Positions 54,504 to 64,000 of a DNA stretch of 64,000 nt are shown here, in pieces. A model generated the notes under the pieces. It had not been told where the DNA came from. It did not search any database and saw only the letters and a list, made by a program, of their open reading frames with translations. Source of the stretch: an uncultured Bacteroidales bacterium. GTDB lineage: Bacteria > Bacteroidota > Bacteroidia > Bacteroidales > VadinHA17. Within the stretch, counting starts at the first letter, position 1, and each line of letters begins with the position of its first letter. The stretch covers positions 1,437,642 through 1,501,641 of the forward strand of contig CAWGJX010000001.1 of NCBI GenBank assembly GCA_963823065.1. The letters are read 5' to 3'. The position numbers and the translations under genes are program-made.

Positions 54504-57500
54504 ATGAGGAATTTGCTTATACTGCTATTTCTATGCCCATATCTTGCCTTGTCTGGAGCTACACATTACGTAGCGCCAAACGGGAGTGATTCAAACCCGG
54601 GCACACTCACTCAGCCGTTTTTCACTCTGAATAAAGCATGGACCGTTGTCGCAGCAGGCGATATTATATATATGCGTGGCGGAACTTATAATTATGGTAC
54701 TGTTATGAACTCTCTTTCGGGTAAAAGCGGTACTTCGGGAAATACAATCAAAGTGTGGGCTTATCCAGGGGAATTTCCTGTCATTGATTACGCCGGGGTA
54801 AATTTAACCGGGCAAAAAATAGCACTGAGGCTTAATAGTATCAGCTATGTACATTTTAAAGGTTTTCGTATAGCCAATATGGCCCAGGAAAACACCAGTA
54901 ACGCGTGGCCTCATTATGGAATAATACTCTTCGATGATGTCAGCAATTGTATTTTTGAACAAATAGAAGTCGACCACATCGGGGGAACAGGTTTCACTAT
55001 TGCTGACAGATGCAATAATAATCTCTTTCTCAACTGCGATAGTCATCATCACGCCGATCCTTATTCAGCAGAACCCTATGGTATGTCTGATGGATTTGAA
55101 TCAGGAAGCCATGGAGCCAATACAAGCACAAACAATACATTCAGGGGCTGCAGGGCCTGGTCAAATTCGGATGATGGATGGGATTTCAGACAGGCAGATG
55201 GTGTATATACTATAGATGGTTGCTGGTCATTCCGCAACGGTTTTATTCCGGGAACTTCCACAACAGCTGGCAATGGTGACGGATATAAACTTGGAGGGAA
55301 AACTTCTCCACCCACGAATAATATACTGAGGACAATTAAAAACTCACTGGCTTTTGAAAACAGGGCAACAGGTATAACTCCTGAACCCGATGCGACAGAT
55401 AATATATTTGGTCTGGATGTAATGAATTGCACCTCTTATAAAAATGCAAGAGATTTAGGCGAAGGTATAAATACAGGTAATTACAATAATTATGTCAGAT
55501 TACGGAATTGTATTGCATATGGTAATTACAGGACAAATGCATGGATGCAGGGCGGCGCTGTAAATGATCATAACAGCTGGGATATACCAAAAACCGTAAC
55601 AGACGCTGATTTTCAAAGTGTAAATTCATCAGGTACTGATGGACCCAGACAGGCAGACGGCAGCTTACCTATAACAACTTTCTTACATCTGGCAGCCGGG
55701 TCTTCATTAATTGACGTTGGTGTAAATGTTGGTCTTGCATACGCAGGTAACGCACCTGATCTTGGAGCATTTGAATATCTGACAGGATCACCGCCTCCAA
55801 ATCCTGTTTATGTCATTTCAGCAGTTCAGAATGCAACGCCATCCCTTTTGGAAATGACATACAATTTGTCTCTGGCAAATATTGTTCCGGCGGCCTCTGC
55901 CTTTTCCGTTCTGGTAAATTCAACCGCCAGAACAGTTAGCACAGTATTCATTTCAGGTACGAAGGTCCAGCTGTCACTGGCAAGTTCTGTGGTATATGGA
56001 GATGTGGTAACAGTCGCTTACATGAAACCATCATCCAATCCGATTCAGACAGCTGCAGGTGGTCAGGCAATAAGCATAGGAGCTCAGACGGTTACAAATA
56101 ATGTGAATGCTGTAAATACAGGTTATATTTACGTTTCACCTGATGGAAGTGATTCTAATCCAGGGACTATCACTCAACCGTTCTTCACTTTAAATAAAGC
56201 ATGGAGTGTTGTCACCGCCGGAAACACAATTTATATGCGTGGCGGATCTTATCACTATGGTACCACAATGAGTGTGCTTTCAGATAAAAGCGGAACTTCT
56301 TCAAATACAATTAAAATATGGGCTTATCCGGGTGAATATCCGGTAATAGATTATACCGGAGTAAATTTAACGGGACAAAAAATAGGATTAAGGCTGAATA
56401 ATATTAATTATGTACATATCAAAGGAATCCGTATTTGTAATATGGCACAGGAAAATATCAGTAACGCCTGGACTCATTACGGAATAATACTCTACGATGA
56501 TGTAAGTAATTGTATATTTGAACAATTGGAAGTAGATCATATAGGTGGTGCCGGATTCACAATTGCTGACAGATGCAATAATAATTTATTTCTTAATTGC
56601 GACAGTCATAACCATCAGGATCCTTACACATCTACGCCTTTTGGAATGTCAGACGGATATGAATCAGGAAGTCATGGTTCCAATGCGAGTACTAATAATA
56701 CTTTCAGAAATTGCAGGGCATGGGCAAACTCTAATAATGGCTGGAATTTAAACCAGGCAGATGGCGTATATATAATTGATAATTGCTGGTCATTCAGGAA
56801 TGGTTTTATTCCCGGTACGACCAATTCTGCCGGTAGTGGTGCAGGATATAAACTTGGAGGTAAAACAACTCCAGGGACAAATTCTATTTTGAGGACTATT
56901 AAAAACTCTTTGGCATTTGAAAACCGTGGAACTGGTATTACGCCGGAACCTGATGGAATTGATAATATTCTTGGTCTCGATATAATTAACTGTACCTCAT
57001 ATAAGAATGCCAGAAATATGGGTGAAGGAATTAATACAGGTAATTATAATAATTATACAAGGGTCAGAAATTGTATTTCGTATGCCAACATACATAGCAA
57101 TGTATGGATGCAAGGCGGTGCTATAAATGATCACAACAACTGGGATATTCCCAAAACTGTAACTGATGGTGATTTTGTAAGTGTCAGTTCAACAGGTGTT
57201 GATGGTCCAAGACAGGCAGATGGGAGCTTACCAGTCACAAGTTTCTTACATCTTGCAGCCGGATCGGGTTTAATTGACGCAGGAGTAGATGTGGGTCAGC
57301 CTTATATTGGAACTGCTCCTGATCTTGGTGCATTTGAGGTTCCGACAAGCACTCCGACGATTCCGGTACTTGTCTCTGCTTCTGTTGAAAATGCAGCACC
57401 AGCAATTCTGGTATTAACTTATAATCTGACTCTTGCCAATATAGTTCCAATATCCTCTACTTTTTCAGTTTTTGTAAATTCAGTTGCAAGGTCGGTCAAT

Positions 57501-58508
57501 ACTGTAGTCATTTCAGGGGTAAAAGTCCAGTTAACTCTTGCGAGTCGTATTAATGCGGCTGATATTGTTATTTTATCGTACAATATACCTTCAAACAATC
57601 CGCTTCAAACTCCAGTGGTTGGAATAGCTGCAGGTATTACCAATCAACCTGTCAAAAATAACTGTCTGAATCTTGCTCCGGTTGCATCAATAACCTCACC
57701 TTCTGCAAATGCCACATTTACAGCTCCTTCTAATATAACAATCAAAGCTGATGCAACTGATTCTGATGGTTCGGTAAGACTGGTGGAGTTTTATAACGGG
57801 AGTATAAAACTTGGCTCAACTTCTGTGGCTCCTTATTCATTTACCTGGAATAATGTTGCTGCCGGAAACTACTATTTAACTGTTATTGCTACTGACAATC
57901 TTAGTGCGAAGACCACTTCTGCTTCAATTTATATTTCTGTAAGGAATCGATCTAACAAGCGCCCTTTTGTACAGATTTTAAATCCTGTAAAAGGGAAAAG
58001 TTATGAAAGCCTCTCTTCAATTCCGATTGAAGCTCTTGTCACTGATAGTTCAGGTATAGTGACCAAGGTTGAATTTTTCAATGGTTCAGAGAAACTTATC
58101 GAATTAACCTCAGCTCCTTATATATACACATGGAAAGACGTGCCTTCAGGAAATTATTCAATAACTGCAGTTGCCACTGATAATTCAAATGATACCACGG
58201 CATCAGTTCCGGTTGAATTTGAGGTTGCTGCTTCATTAAATAACAATCCAAATTCAAGATCTGATCTCATAACCTTGTTTCCAAATCCTAATAACGGAAA
58301 GTTTTCAATTGAATTTAATAGCCTTTTGCAGGATGACAGAAGTGAGATAATAATTACGGATCTAACTGGTAAACAAGTGTATAATGCTTTTATATCAAAA
58401 GAAGAAATTGTGAAACAATTTGATCTGTCATCAATAAACAAAGGGATGTATGTTTTGATGGTAAGAGATAAACAAATATTAGTCACTAAAAAATTTATTA
58501 AGAAATAA
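54504..58508 (+). CDS. T9SS-secreted protein with two tandem right-handed beta-helix (pectate-lyase-fold) modules with SWM-type repeats, two Ig-like domains and a type-A C-terminal sorting domain
   Basis: 1334 aa with a signal peptide. The beta-helix N-cap motif occurs twice (PNGSDSNPGT.TQPFFTLNKAW....AG..IYMRGG.Y). Repeats of the type SAFSVLVNSTARTVSTVFISGTKVQLSLAS are present. Two Ig-like domains lie at about nt 57675-58230. The C-terminus is LFPNPNNGKFSIEF...MYVLMVRD. Confidence 0.85.
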   Translation: MRNLLILLFLCPYLALSGATHYVAPNGSDSNPGTLTQPFFTLNKAWTVVAAGDIIYMRGGTYNYGTVMNSLSGKSGTSGNTIKVWAYPGEFPVIDYAGVNLTGQKIALRLNSISYVHFKGFRIANMAQENTSNAWPHYGIILFDDVSNCIFEQIEVDHIGGTGFTIADRCNNNLFLNCDSHHHADPYSAEPYGMSDGFESGSHGANTSTNNTFRGCRAWSNSDDGWDFRQADGVYTIDGCWSFRNGFIPGTSTTAGNGDGYKLGGKTSPPTNNILRTIKNSLAFENRATGITPEPDATDNIFGLDVMNCTSYKNARDLGEGINTGNYNNYVRLRNCIAYGNYRTNAWMQGGAVNDHNSWDIPKTVTDADFQSVNSSGTDGPRQADGSLPITTFLHLAAGSSLIDVGVNVGLAYAGNAPDLGAFEYLTGSPPPNPVYVISAVQNATPSLLEMTYNLSLANIVPAASAFSVLVNSTARTVSTVFISGTKVQLSLASSVVYGDVVTVAYMKPSSNPIQTAAGGQAISIGAQTVTNNVNAVNTGYIYVSPDGSDSNPGTITQPFFTLNKAWSVVTAGNTIYMRGGSYHYGTTMSVLSDKSGTSSNTIKIWAYPGEYPVIDYTGVNLTGQKIGLRLNNINYVHIKGIRICNMAQENISNAWTHYGIILYDDVSNCIFEQLEVDHIGGAGFTIADRCNNNLFLNCDSHNHQDPYTSTPFGMSDGYESGSHGSNASTNNTFRNCRAWANSNNGWNLNQADGVYIIDNCWSFRNGFIPGTTNSAGSGAGYKLGGKTTPGTNSILRTIKNSLAFENRGTGITPEPDGIDNILGLDIINCTSYKNARNMGEGINTGNYNNYTRVRNCISYANIHSNVWMQGGAINDHNNWDIPKTVTDGDFVSVSSTGVDGPRQADGSLPVTSFLHLAAGSGLIDAGVDVGQPYIGTAPDLGAFEVPTSTPTIPVLVSASVENAAPAILVLTYNLTLANIVPISSTFSVFVNSVARSVNTVVISGVKVQLTLASRINAADIVILSYNIPSNNPLQTPVVGIAAGITNQPVKNNCLNLAPVASITSPSANATFTAPSNITIKADATDSDGSVRLVEFYNGSIKLGSTSVAPYSFTWNNVAAGNYYLTVIATDNLSAKTTSASIYISVRNRSNKRPFVQILNPVKGKSYESLSSIPIEALVTDSSGIVTKVEFFNGSEKLIELTSAPYIYTWKDVPSGNYSITAVATDNSNDTTASVPVEFEVAASLNNNPNSRSDLITLFPNPNNGKFSIEFNSLLQDDRSEIIITDLTGKQVYNAFISKEEIVKQFDLSSINKGMYVLMVRDKQILVTKKFIKK
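54561..57686 (+). repeat. Intragenic tandem duplication of two units of about 1.56 kb (54561-56123 and 56124-57686)
   Basis: The two units align residue for residue with a 521-aa offset and no gaps that I could see. By eye, roughly three quarters of positions are identical (not computed). Confidence 0.85.
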
Positions 58509-58561
58509 CCAAAACCCTTCACTTATAACCTATTTTCTGAAATCTCTCCACTCAATTCACG

Positions 58562-58601
58562 AGTCCCTTGCATTACCAGCATGCAGGGGACTTTCCTTTT
58601 T
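58562..58601 (+). terminator. Rho-independent terminator after the beta-helix gene
   Basis: AGTCCCTTGCATt-acc-aGCATGCAGGGGACT (one G-T wobble plus a T-A closing pair) followed by TTTCCTTTTT. Confidence 0.6.
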
Positions 58602-58736
58602 CGTTCGGAAGGTTAGGGGAGCATATAAACCCGGGAGCATTTTTATGCAATAAAAATGCTCATTCTCTTAAAATACTTAATAAAAAATTCTGGTAATATC
58701 CCCGCAAATAGTATCTTCCGGCGGTATAATAATGAT

Positions 58737-59477
58737 ATGAACCTCAGAATTACACAGGAATGCAGGATAAATTTTAAGCTGATCATCCTTATCATGATTT
58801 TCGGATCTTTTCTGTTTCCGGGGTTTTCACAGGGTCCGAAGATAAACATAGATGATATTCCGCAGCGAAAAATCCGAAACTACATTGTATCGAATTCGAT
58901 TGATAAAATGGATAATTTTTCTTCAATACGTGCAAGCTGGAAGAAGGATATCCGTGAATCTGATTTTAACGTTATTGAAAAGACGTTTTTCCTGAATTAT
59001 AGCCTTTCCGATTCATGGGAATTCTACAGACATGCCAATACTCTTAATATGTGGAATGGCAAAACGGTACGCTTCGGCTTACTGTTATCAAAGTGTACTA
59101 ACTCAGCAATAAATGTTATTAATTCTTCATTTCATGAAATTGATACAGGCGATGTATATTTTCTAAATTTAAAACTGTTTAAAGGATTATTCAATGTCGA
59201 GGTTGCCTTCGAAATTACCAGAATAGACTCAAAACAAAGAATAATGGAGTTTAGTTACATTGATAATAATAAATCACTTGGAAAACAAACCATAGAGTTT
59301 TTTGAAAATGGACCGGGAAAGACAAAAATTGTTCATAGAAGTTATTTTAAAAGTGATTCCAATATACGCGATAAATTATTTTACCCCTATTTCCACAAAA
59401 AATTCTTAAATGAATTCCATCGGAATATGTGCAAGCTTATAAAAAGCAGGAATCTTCCTTTTACGATTATTAATTAA
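58737..59477 (+). CDS. Hypothetical exported protein
   Basis: I placed the start at ATG 58737, giving a hydrophobic signal-like segment (FKLIILIMIFGSFLFPGFSQ). No motif recognised. Confidence 0.45.
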   Translation: MNLRITQECRINFKLIILIMIFGSFLFPGFSQGPKINIDDIPQRKIRNYIVSNSIDKMDNFSSIRASWKKDIRESDFNVIEKTFFLNYSLSDSWEFYRHANTLNMWNGKTVRFGLLLSKCTNSAINVINSSFHEIDTGDVYFLNLKLFKGLFNVEVAFEITRIDSKQRIMEFSYIDNNKSLGKQTIEFFENGPGKTKIVHRSYFKSDSNIRDKLFYPYFHKKFLNEFHRNMCKLIKSRNLPFTIIN

Positions 59478-59483
59478 TTCTTA

Positions 59484-60878
59484 ATGGGAAAACAAGGAAA
59501 TCTGGTCAGGGTTCTGGGAATGGGGTATGTGGTTATTTTTGTTGTAGCTAATATCATCGGATCAGGAGTATATAAAAAAATTGCTCCGATGGCAGCAGAA
59601 CTCCATTCCTCTGTATGGATTCTTGTCGCATGGATTGTCGGTGGGATTATCACTCTTTTCGGTGCGCTGAGTAATGCTGAAGTAGCTGGACTGCTTGCTG
59701 ACACCGGAGGTGATTTTATTTATTTGAAAAAAATTTACAACCGGTTTTTTGCATTTATGTACGGGTGGTCACTTTTCACAGTCATTCAAACAGCTACAAT
59801 TTCCTCCCTGGCTTATGTATTTGCCCAATCACTGAATAGTATTATTCATATTCCTGGTGTATTTAGCTCTCTTCAGCATTTTACCATTGGTGGTGTTTTC
59901 TTTCCATTCGAGGATTTTGGAATAAAACTAACAGCAATCTTTCTGATTTTAATTTTAACAGGACTGAATATCTCAGGTCTGAAAAGCGGTGCAGGAGTCA
60001 GCAGAGTAATAATGATGCTTGTATTCACCGGCCTTCTTACAATTGTTATTTTTGGATTAAGCAGTGTCAAAACCAGACCTGCCGATTTTATGAATCTTAA
60101 AGAATTAACTGCCGGAACTATTACAATATCTGCCTTTTATACTTCAATGCTCGCCGCATTCTGGGCTTACCAGGGATGGGTTTCCGTTGGATTTATAGGG
60201 GGAGAGGTTAAAGATCCGACAAGAAATATACCGAGGGGAATCGTTACAGGTGTTTTTATTGTTATATTCATTTACCTGCTTGTTAATGTGACCTACCTTA
60301 CTCTTTTATCCATTCCGCAACTTGTACAAATTAATGAATCGGGAAATCAGATAGCAGCTGTTGAAGCTGTAAGAACATTCTGGGGAAGAGGAGGTGTGAT
60401 GTTTATTTCGGTCTTGATACTTGTCACTACCATGGGATGTACAAACGCCAGCATTCTTACAGGTGCCAGGCCCTACTATGCAATGGCCAGAGACGGACTC
60501 TTTTTCAGGAATATCGCTAAGATCAGCAAAGCAAATGTACCATCAAACTCTCTTTTATGGCAGGGAATATGGGCATCGATATTGGTTCTTTCAGGAACCT
60601 TCGATCAGCTGACCGATATGATAATTTTTTCAGTATTTATTTTTTACGGAGCTACCACTCTTGGAGTATTTATCTTACGACGCAGGATGCCTGATGCCCA
60701 CAGACCTTACAAAGTATGGGGATATCCATATGTACCAGCGATATTTATCATTTTTTGTATTGGTCTGTTTTTTAATACTATAATAACCAGGCCACGTGAA
60801 GCTTCAATCGGTTTAATCCTGATTTTTTCCGGTATCCCTGTTTATTTTTTGCTAAAGAGATTAAACAAGGCTTCGTAA
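59484..60878 (+). CDS. APC-superfamily amino acid permease
   Basis: 464 aa with about 12 TM segments and an N-terminal motif IGSGVYKK...GGIITLFGALSNAEVA typical of amino acid/polyamine transporters. Confidence 0.85.
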   Translation: MGKQGNLVRVLGMGYVVIFVVANIIGSGVYKKIAPMAAELHSSVWILVAWIVGGIITLFGALSNAEVAGLLADTGGDFIYLKKIYNRFFAFMYGWSLFTVIQTATISSLAYVFAQSLNSIIHIPGVFSSLQHFTIGGVFFPFEDFGIKLTAIFLILILTGLNISGLKSGAGVSRVIMMLVFTGLLTIVIFGLSSVKTRPADFMNLKELTAGTITISAFYTSMLAAFWAYQGWVSVGFIGGEVKDPTRNIPRGIVTGVFIVIFIYLLVNVTYLTLLSIPQLVQINESGNQIAAVEAVRTFWGRGGVMFISVLILVTTMGCTNASILTGARPYYAMARDGLFFRNIAKISKANVPSNSLLWQGIWASILVLSGTFDQLTDMIIFSVFIFYGATTLGVFILRRRMPDAHRPYKVWGYPYVPAIFIIFCIGLFFNTIITRPREASIGLILIFSGIPVYFLLKRLNKAS

Positions 60879-60880
60879 GG

Positions 60881-62764
60881 TCATGTAGGCGGATGCAACC
60901 TCTTATTAAACCAGTTCCTAACCGATTTCATCTTTTCAAGTTGGGATGCGGGAGCATGACGGCGGCAGGAAGCCCTTTCACTGCTGTTTTCCGGTGCTCC
61001 CCAGCGGATTTCCACCCCATCGTTAGGATTATAAGCCATCTCAAAAGCATCTCTTCTTTTAAGAATTTCGTTTACTGTGAGTTTTTGTAGAGAACCGTCT
61101 GTATGTGTGTAGCTAACTGAAAGTTCTGAACCTTTTTCATTGAGAATTGACTGAAGTTTTTTCCGTATCTGCTCAGGTGATACATGTCCTGATAGACTGA
61201 AATCTTCAGGTGAGCGTGCGACCAGATCAGGGAAGTCGAGCACTGCATCCATTGCAATCAACAGCCTCAGGTCGCGGTTAGGAGTTGAAAAGTCTTCCCA
61301 CTGACCTCCTGCCAGAAATATCCCGGCAGCACTGGAAGGCATTGGGATCACTGAACCAGGATGTGATTTGAAATATGCTTCACCATTTGCTACTGAAGTT
61401 ATTCGTACAAGCAGTTGTTCATGGAGCGCCTGCATCAGGTCGATAAGCGCAGCCTCAGGATCAAGTGGTTTGGGATTGATTATTCGCTCCATCGTGTGAT
61501 AGAATACATCGGTTCCCATTTTTTTCTGCTGAATCGAAAAGGGTACAAATCCCGCAGCTTCTGTCAGATCTTTATTTTTTAAGGGAGTGAGGATTCCTTT
61601 TTTAAATGAAATGGGACGAAATGCTTTAAACCCCGGTTCCCCAATCACTCCGGATGTATTAAATAGGAAATTCCCTTTCCAAAAACGTTTTATGCCGACG
61701 GTTCCGTCGGGTTGCGCATCAACGGAGAGTAATAATCCGGGATGTCCGTTTGTTTGTGGCACTTGCCCTACGAGGATTAATGTATGTCCGTAAGGGTCAG
61801 CAAATACAATACCCGGTCGCAAGGCTTCCGCATTTAGCGGAACAGGGTAGTAATCGGAATTTTCATCCTCTAAAGCAGTCCGTGCCGTGCCTGATTGAAC
61901 TCCGTTCATAATCATCCTGAGAAATGAGTTGAATGCCATAACAGGATCTGTTTTTGACCTGGGTATTTCATTTGTGATCCACTGCCCGGTTCTGGGACTT
62001 CTTTCGAGGGTTCCCCTGTCACACACGTGATATCCAAAAGGGAGACCCAGCTTCCACGAAAAATATGCTCTCAGAAAAAAAGGATTATCGGCACAATCAG
62101 GTTGCATGATCAGCACGTTTTTACCGATTGAATCATCTTCACCAAGTGAGAGGTAATTGTAAAGGAAATTCTGATCTTTATTCCGGGTAACTTCGTGTAG
62201 TGCGGTCCACGAAACTTGTTCACTGCAGTCCTTAAACAAAGCGTTTATCCAGGCAGAATAGACCTCTTCCATGCTGCTGTCCCATCCCCTGAGAGTTTTC
62301 CATACCATACCTGTTTGGTTAATCGCATGGACAGGAGAAATTGAAAATTCCAGATTGCTGATCTCCTTTTTATCCTCAATTAAGCTGACTTTATATTTAC
62401 CTGTGGTAACTCCGGTAAAATCATCAATCCGCCAAAAAGGGAATTCGTCTCCTGCTTTACTTTTCACTGATTCTGTTGTGCCGGAGGAACCGGTAATAAT
62501 GATCTTCGATTTCAGGATCTTTTTCCCACCAGTAACCAGAATACGGAATGCTTTGCCGGGCTCAGGATTTTTAGGCAGAACTAACAAAGCAGCGACTGAC
62601 TGAGATTCTTCATGATTCCCAATTTCTTTGGTTACGTCTGATGTGCTGGCTGAAACTTTGGATGAGCGATCTCCCTGGCATGCCAGACAATTGAGCATTA
62701 TAGTAATAATAAAGCCGGTTATACCTGAATGAATCCTTCCGGCTCTGTTTTTTATAATTGACAT
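60881..62764 (-). CDS. Hypothetical lipoprotein; possible papain/transglutaminase-like fold
   Basis: 627 aa with the lipobox LNCLAC. DCADNPFFLRAYFSWKLGLPFGY followed about 95 aa later by ADPYGHTLILVG is reminiscent of a Cys...His catalytic arrangement. The support is weak. Confidence 0.4.
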   Translation of the reverse strand: MSIIKNRAGRIHSGITGFIITIMLNCLACQGDRSSKVSASTSDVTKEIGNHEESQSVAALLVLPKNPEPGKAFRILVTGGKKILKSKIIITGSSGTTESVKSKAGDEFPFWRIDDFTGVTTGKYKVSLIEDKKEISNLEFSISPVHAINQTGMVWKTLRGWDSSMEEVYSAWINALFKDCSEQVSWTALHEVTRNKDQNFLYNYLSLGEDDSIGKNVLIMQPDCADNPFFLRAYFSWKLGLPFGYHVCDRGTLERSPRTGQWITNEIPRSKTDPVMAFNSFLRMIMNGVQSGTARTALEDENSDYYPVPLNAEALRPGIVFADPYGHTLILVGQVPQTNGHPGLLLSVDAQPDGTVGIKRFWKGNFLFNTSGVIGEPGFKAFRPISFKKGILTPLKNKDLTEAAGFVPFSIQQKKMGTDVFYHTMERIINPKPLDPEAALIDLMQALHEQLLVRITSVANGEAYFKSHPGSVIPMPSSAAGIFLAGGQWEDFSTPNRDLRLLIAMDAVLDFPDLVARSPEDFSLSGHVSPEQIRKKLQSILNEKGSELSVSYTHTDGSLQKLTVNEILKRRDAFEMAYNPNDGVEIRWGAPENSSERASCRRHAPASQLEKMKSVRNWFNKRLHPPT

Positions 62765-62773
62765 TTTATATGA

Positions 62774-63538
62774 CTAATGCAGGATCAGAGCCTTCTGAAT
62801 AGCTTCTGTAACAAGAGGTTCCATTATTTTATATCCTGCCAGGGTAGGATGCACGCCATCAAGAGTGTACTCTGCTTTCAGAGCGTGCTTCTCGTCGGAC
62901 ATGGGAGAAAAGTAATCGAGGTATATGCATTTGTGAGACATTGCATAGTTTTTAATCCAGTTATTCAGCTTAACAACTTTTTCTGCAGGTTCAAGTCCGG
63001 GATGCCATGGAAAATCGTAGGCCGGCAGGACGGATGACAAAACCACCTCTACGCCATTAGCCTTTGCAATCTCTGCCATCGATGACAGATTATCCTCGAT
63101 CATTTCGAGAGTGCTGGGTCCGGTATTGCCTGCAATATCATTGATCCCGGCCAGGATGACAACTACCGATGGTTTAAGATTTATTACATCAGGTTTGAAC
63201 CTGACAAGCATCTGGGGAGTCGTCTGGCCGCTTATACCTCTGTTTATATAAGGTTTTCCTGAAAAGAATCCAGGATCTATCCTGATCCATCCTTCGGTGA
63301 TTGAGTTTCCCATGAAAACTACCCTCTTTTCTCCTTCTGCCGGCATAGTAATTAGTTTATTTTCCTCACGAAATCGTCCAAGGTTCGCCCAGTCGTTATG
63401 CAGCTGTTCTTCCTGCGCTTTTCTCAAAGCCTCTTTTTGTTCATTTGTAGGTTCCGTTGTATTTTTCTGAGCAAAGAGAACAGAACTTCCTGTAAATACC
63501 AGGAATAACAGCATTGATAAAAAATTACCTTTTTTCAT
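62774..63538 (-). CDS. SGNH/GDSL-family hydrolase (esterase)
   Basis: 254 aa with a signal peptide and blocks I to V: FMGNSITEGW, GISGQTT, GINDI, DGVHPT. Confidence 0.85.
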   Translation of the reverse strand: MKKGNFLSMLLFLVFTGSSVLFAQKNTTEPTNEQKEALRKAQEEQLHNDWANLGRFREENKLITMPAEGEKRVVFMGNSITEGWIRIDPGFFSGKPYINRGISGQTTPQMLVRFKPDVINLKPSVVVILAGINDIAGNTGPSTLEMIEDNLSSMAEIAKANGVEVVLSSVLPAYDFPWHPGLEPAEKVVKLNNWIKNYAMSHKCIYLDYFSPMSDEKHALKAEYTLDGVHPTLAGYKIMEPLVTEAIQKALILH

Positions 63539-63565
63539 ATATATAATTTTTTGTTAAACTTAGTT

Positions 63566-64000
63566 TTATTTTGCTCTGAGGTATTGTACAGGCCATTGTA
63601 TCTCGTTATTGGTCTCGCGTGCGGCAAGCAGCGGGAAATAAGGATTTCTCAATAACTCCCTTGCAAAAAACACAAGATCAGCTTTTCCTTCCTGAAGGAT
63701 TTCTTCTGCTTGTCTGGCAGTTGTTATCAACCCTACGGCTCCCGTCAAGATTCCTGTTGATCTGACTGCTTCTGAGAGTGGAACCTGGTATCCCGGGACC
63801 TGAGGAATTTTAACATTGAGGGCATTACCACCTGAGGAGCAATCTATAAGATCGACACCTTTGCCTTTTAGTAAATCAGCGAGTTTTACACTATCTTCTA
63901 TTGTCCAGCCTCCTTCAGTCCAGTCAGTTGCAGAGATGCGTACAAAAAGAGGATTTTCATCGGGCCACTCGGATTTGACAGCATCTATGACCTCCGACAG
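63566..64000 (-). CDS. NADH:flavin oxidoreductase (Old Yellow Enzyme / YqjM-like); C-terminal part only, as the gene continues past the window end
   Basis: The minus-strand frame is open from base 64000: LSEVIDAVKSEWPDENPLFVRISATDWTEGGW...GAVGLITTARQAEEILQEGKADLVFFARELLRNPYFP. Confidence 0.85.
   Translation of the reverse strand: MSEVIDAVKSEWPDENPLFVRISATDWTEGGWTIEDSVKLADLLKGKGVDLIDCSSGGNALNVKIPQVPGYQVPLSEAVRSTGILTGAVGLITTARQAEEILQEGKADLVFFARELLRNPYFPLLAARETNNEIQWPVQYLRAK

Overview
This is an AT-rich chromosomal window that looks like a Bacteroidota genome. The evidence is T9SS type-A and type-B C-terminal sorting domains, a PorP/SprF gene, a fused SecDF, and TAnnTTTG-type -7 boxes. I support about 46 protein-coding genes and found no tRNA, rRNA, CRISPR array, transposase, integrase or phage genes by eye. 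Content from left to right: (1) a nitrogen block with a GAF/sigma-54 activator, a sigma-54 promoter, glnK-amt, a TorF-like porin and a glutamine synthetase; (2) wedged inside that block on the opposite strand, a two-gene operon of a 1343-aa Pls/PosA-architecture NRPS and an Sfp-type PPTase; (3) housekeeping genes yihY, nadC, rlmH, der, era, rluB-like, glmM, secDF, tatA, mutS and a tRNA methyltransferase; (4) a T9SS adhesin cluster followed by an unknown secreted protein and a propeller/YYY-SpoIIE sensor phosphatase; (5) a MacAB-TolC-like efflux operon; (6) glycan-related secreted proteins, including a GH2 enzyme and a 1334-aa T9SS protein with an internally duplicated beta-helix module. The headline candidate is the NRPS. 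It has an A domain and a PCP followed by six transmembrane segments alternating with three hexapeptide-repeat soluble domains, and no C or TE domain. A hand-derived specificity code is close to the published Lys code, so I predict a membrane-bound cationic homopoly(amino acid) synthetase (epsilon-poly-lysine-like) sitting in a nitrogen-regulated neighbourhood. Other notable points are six homopolymer frameshifts within 1.2 kb that break glmM and the efflux adaptor gene, several families of GC-rich palindromic intergenic repeats, and apparent loss of acidic residues in the second copy of the duplicated beta-helix module. All calls come from reading the sequence and ORF translations. No database search or computation was run.
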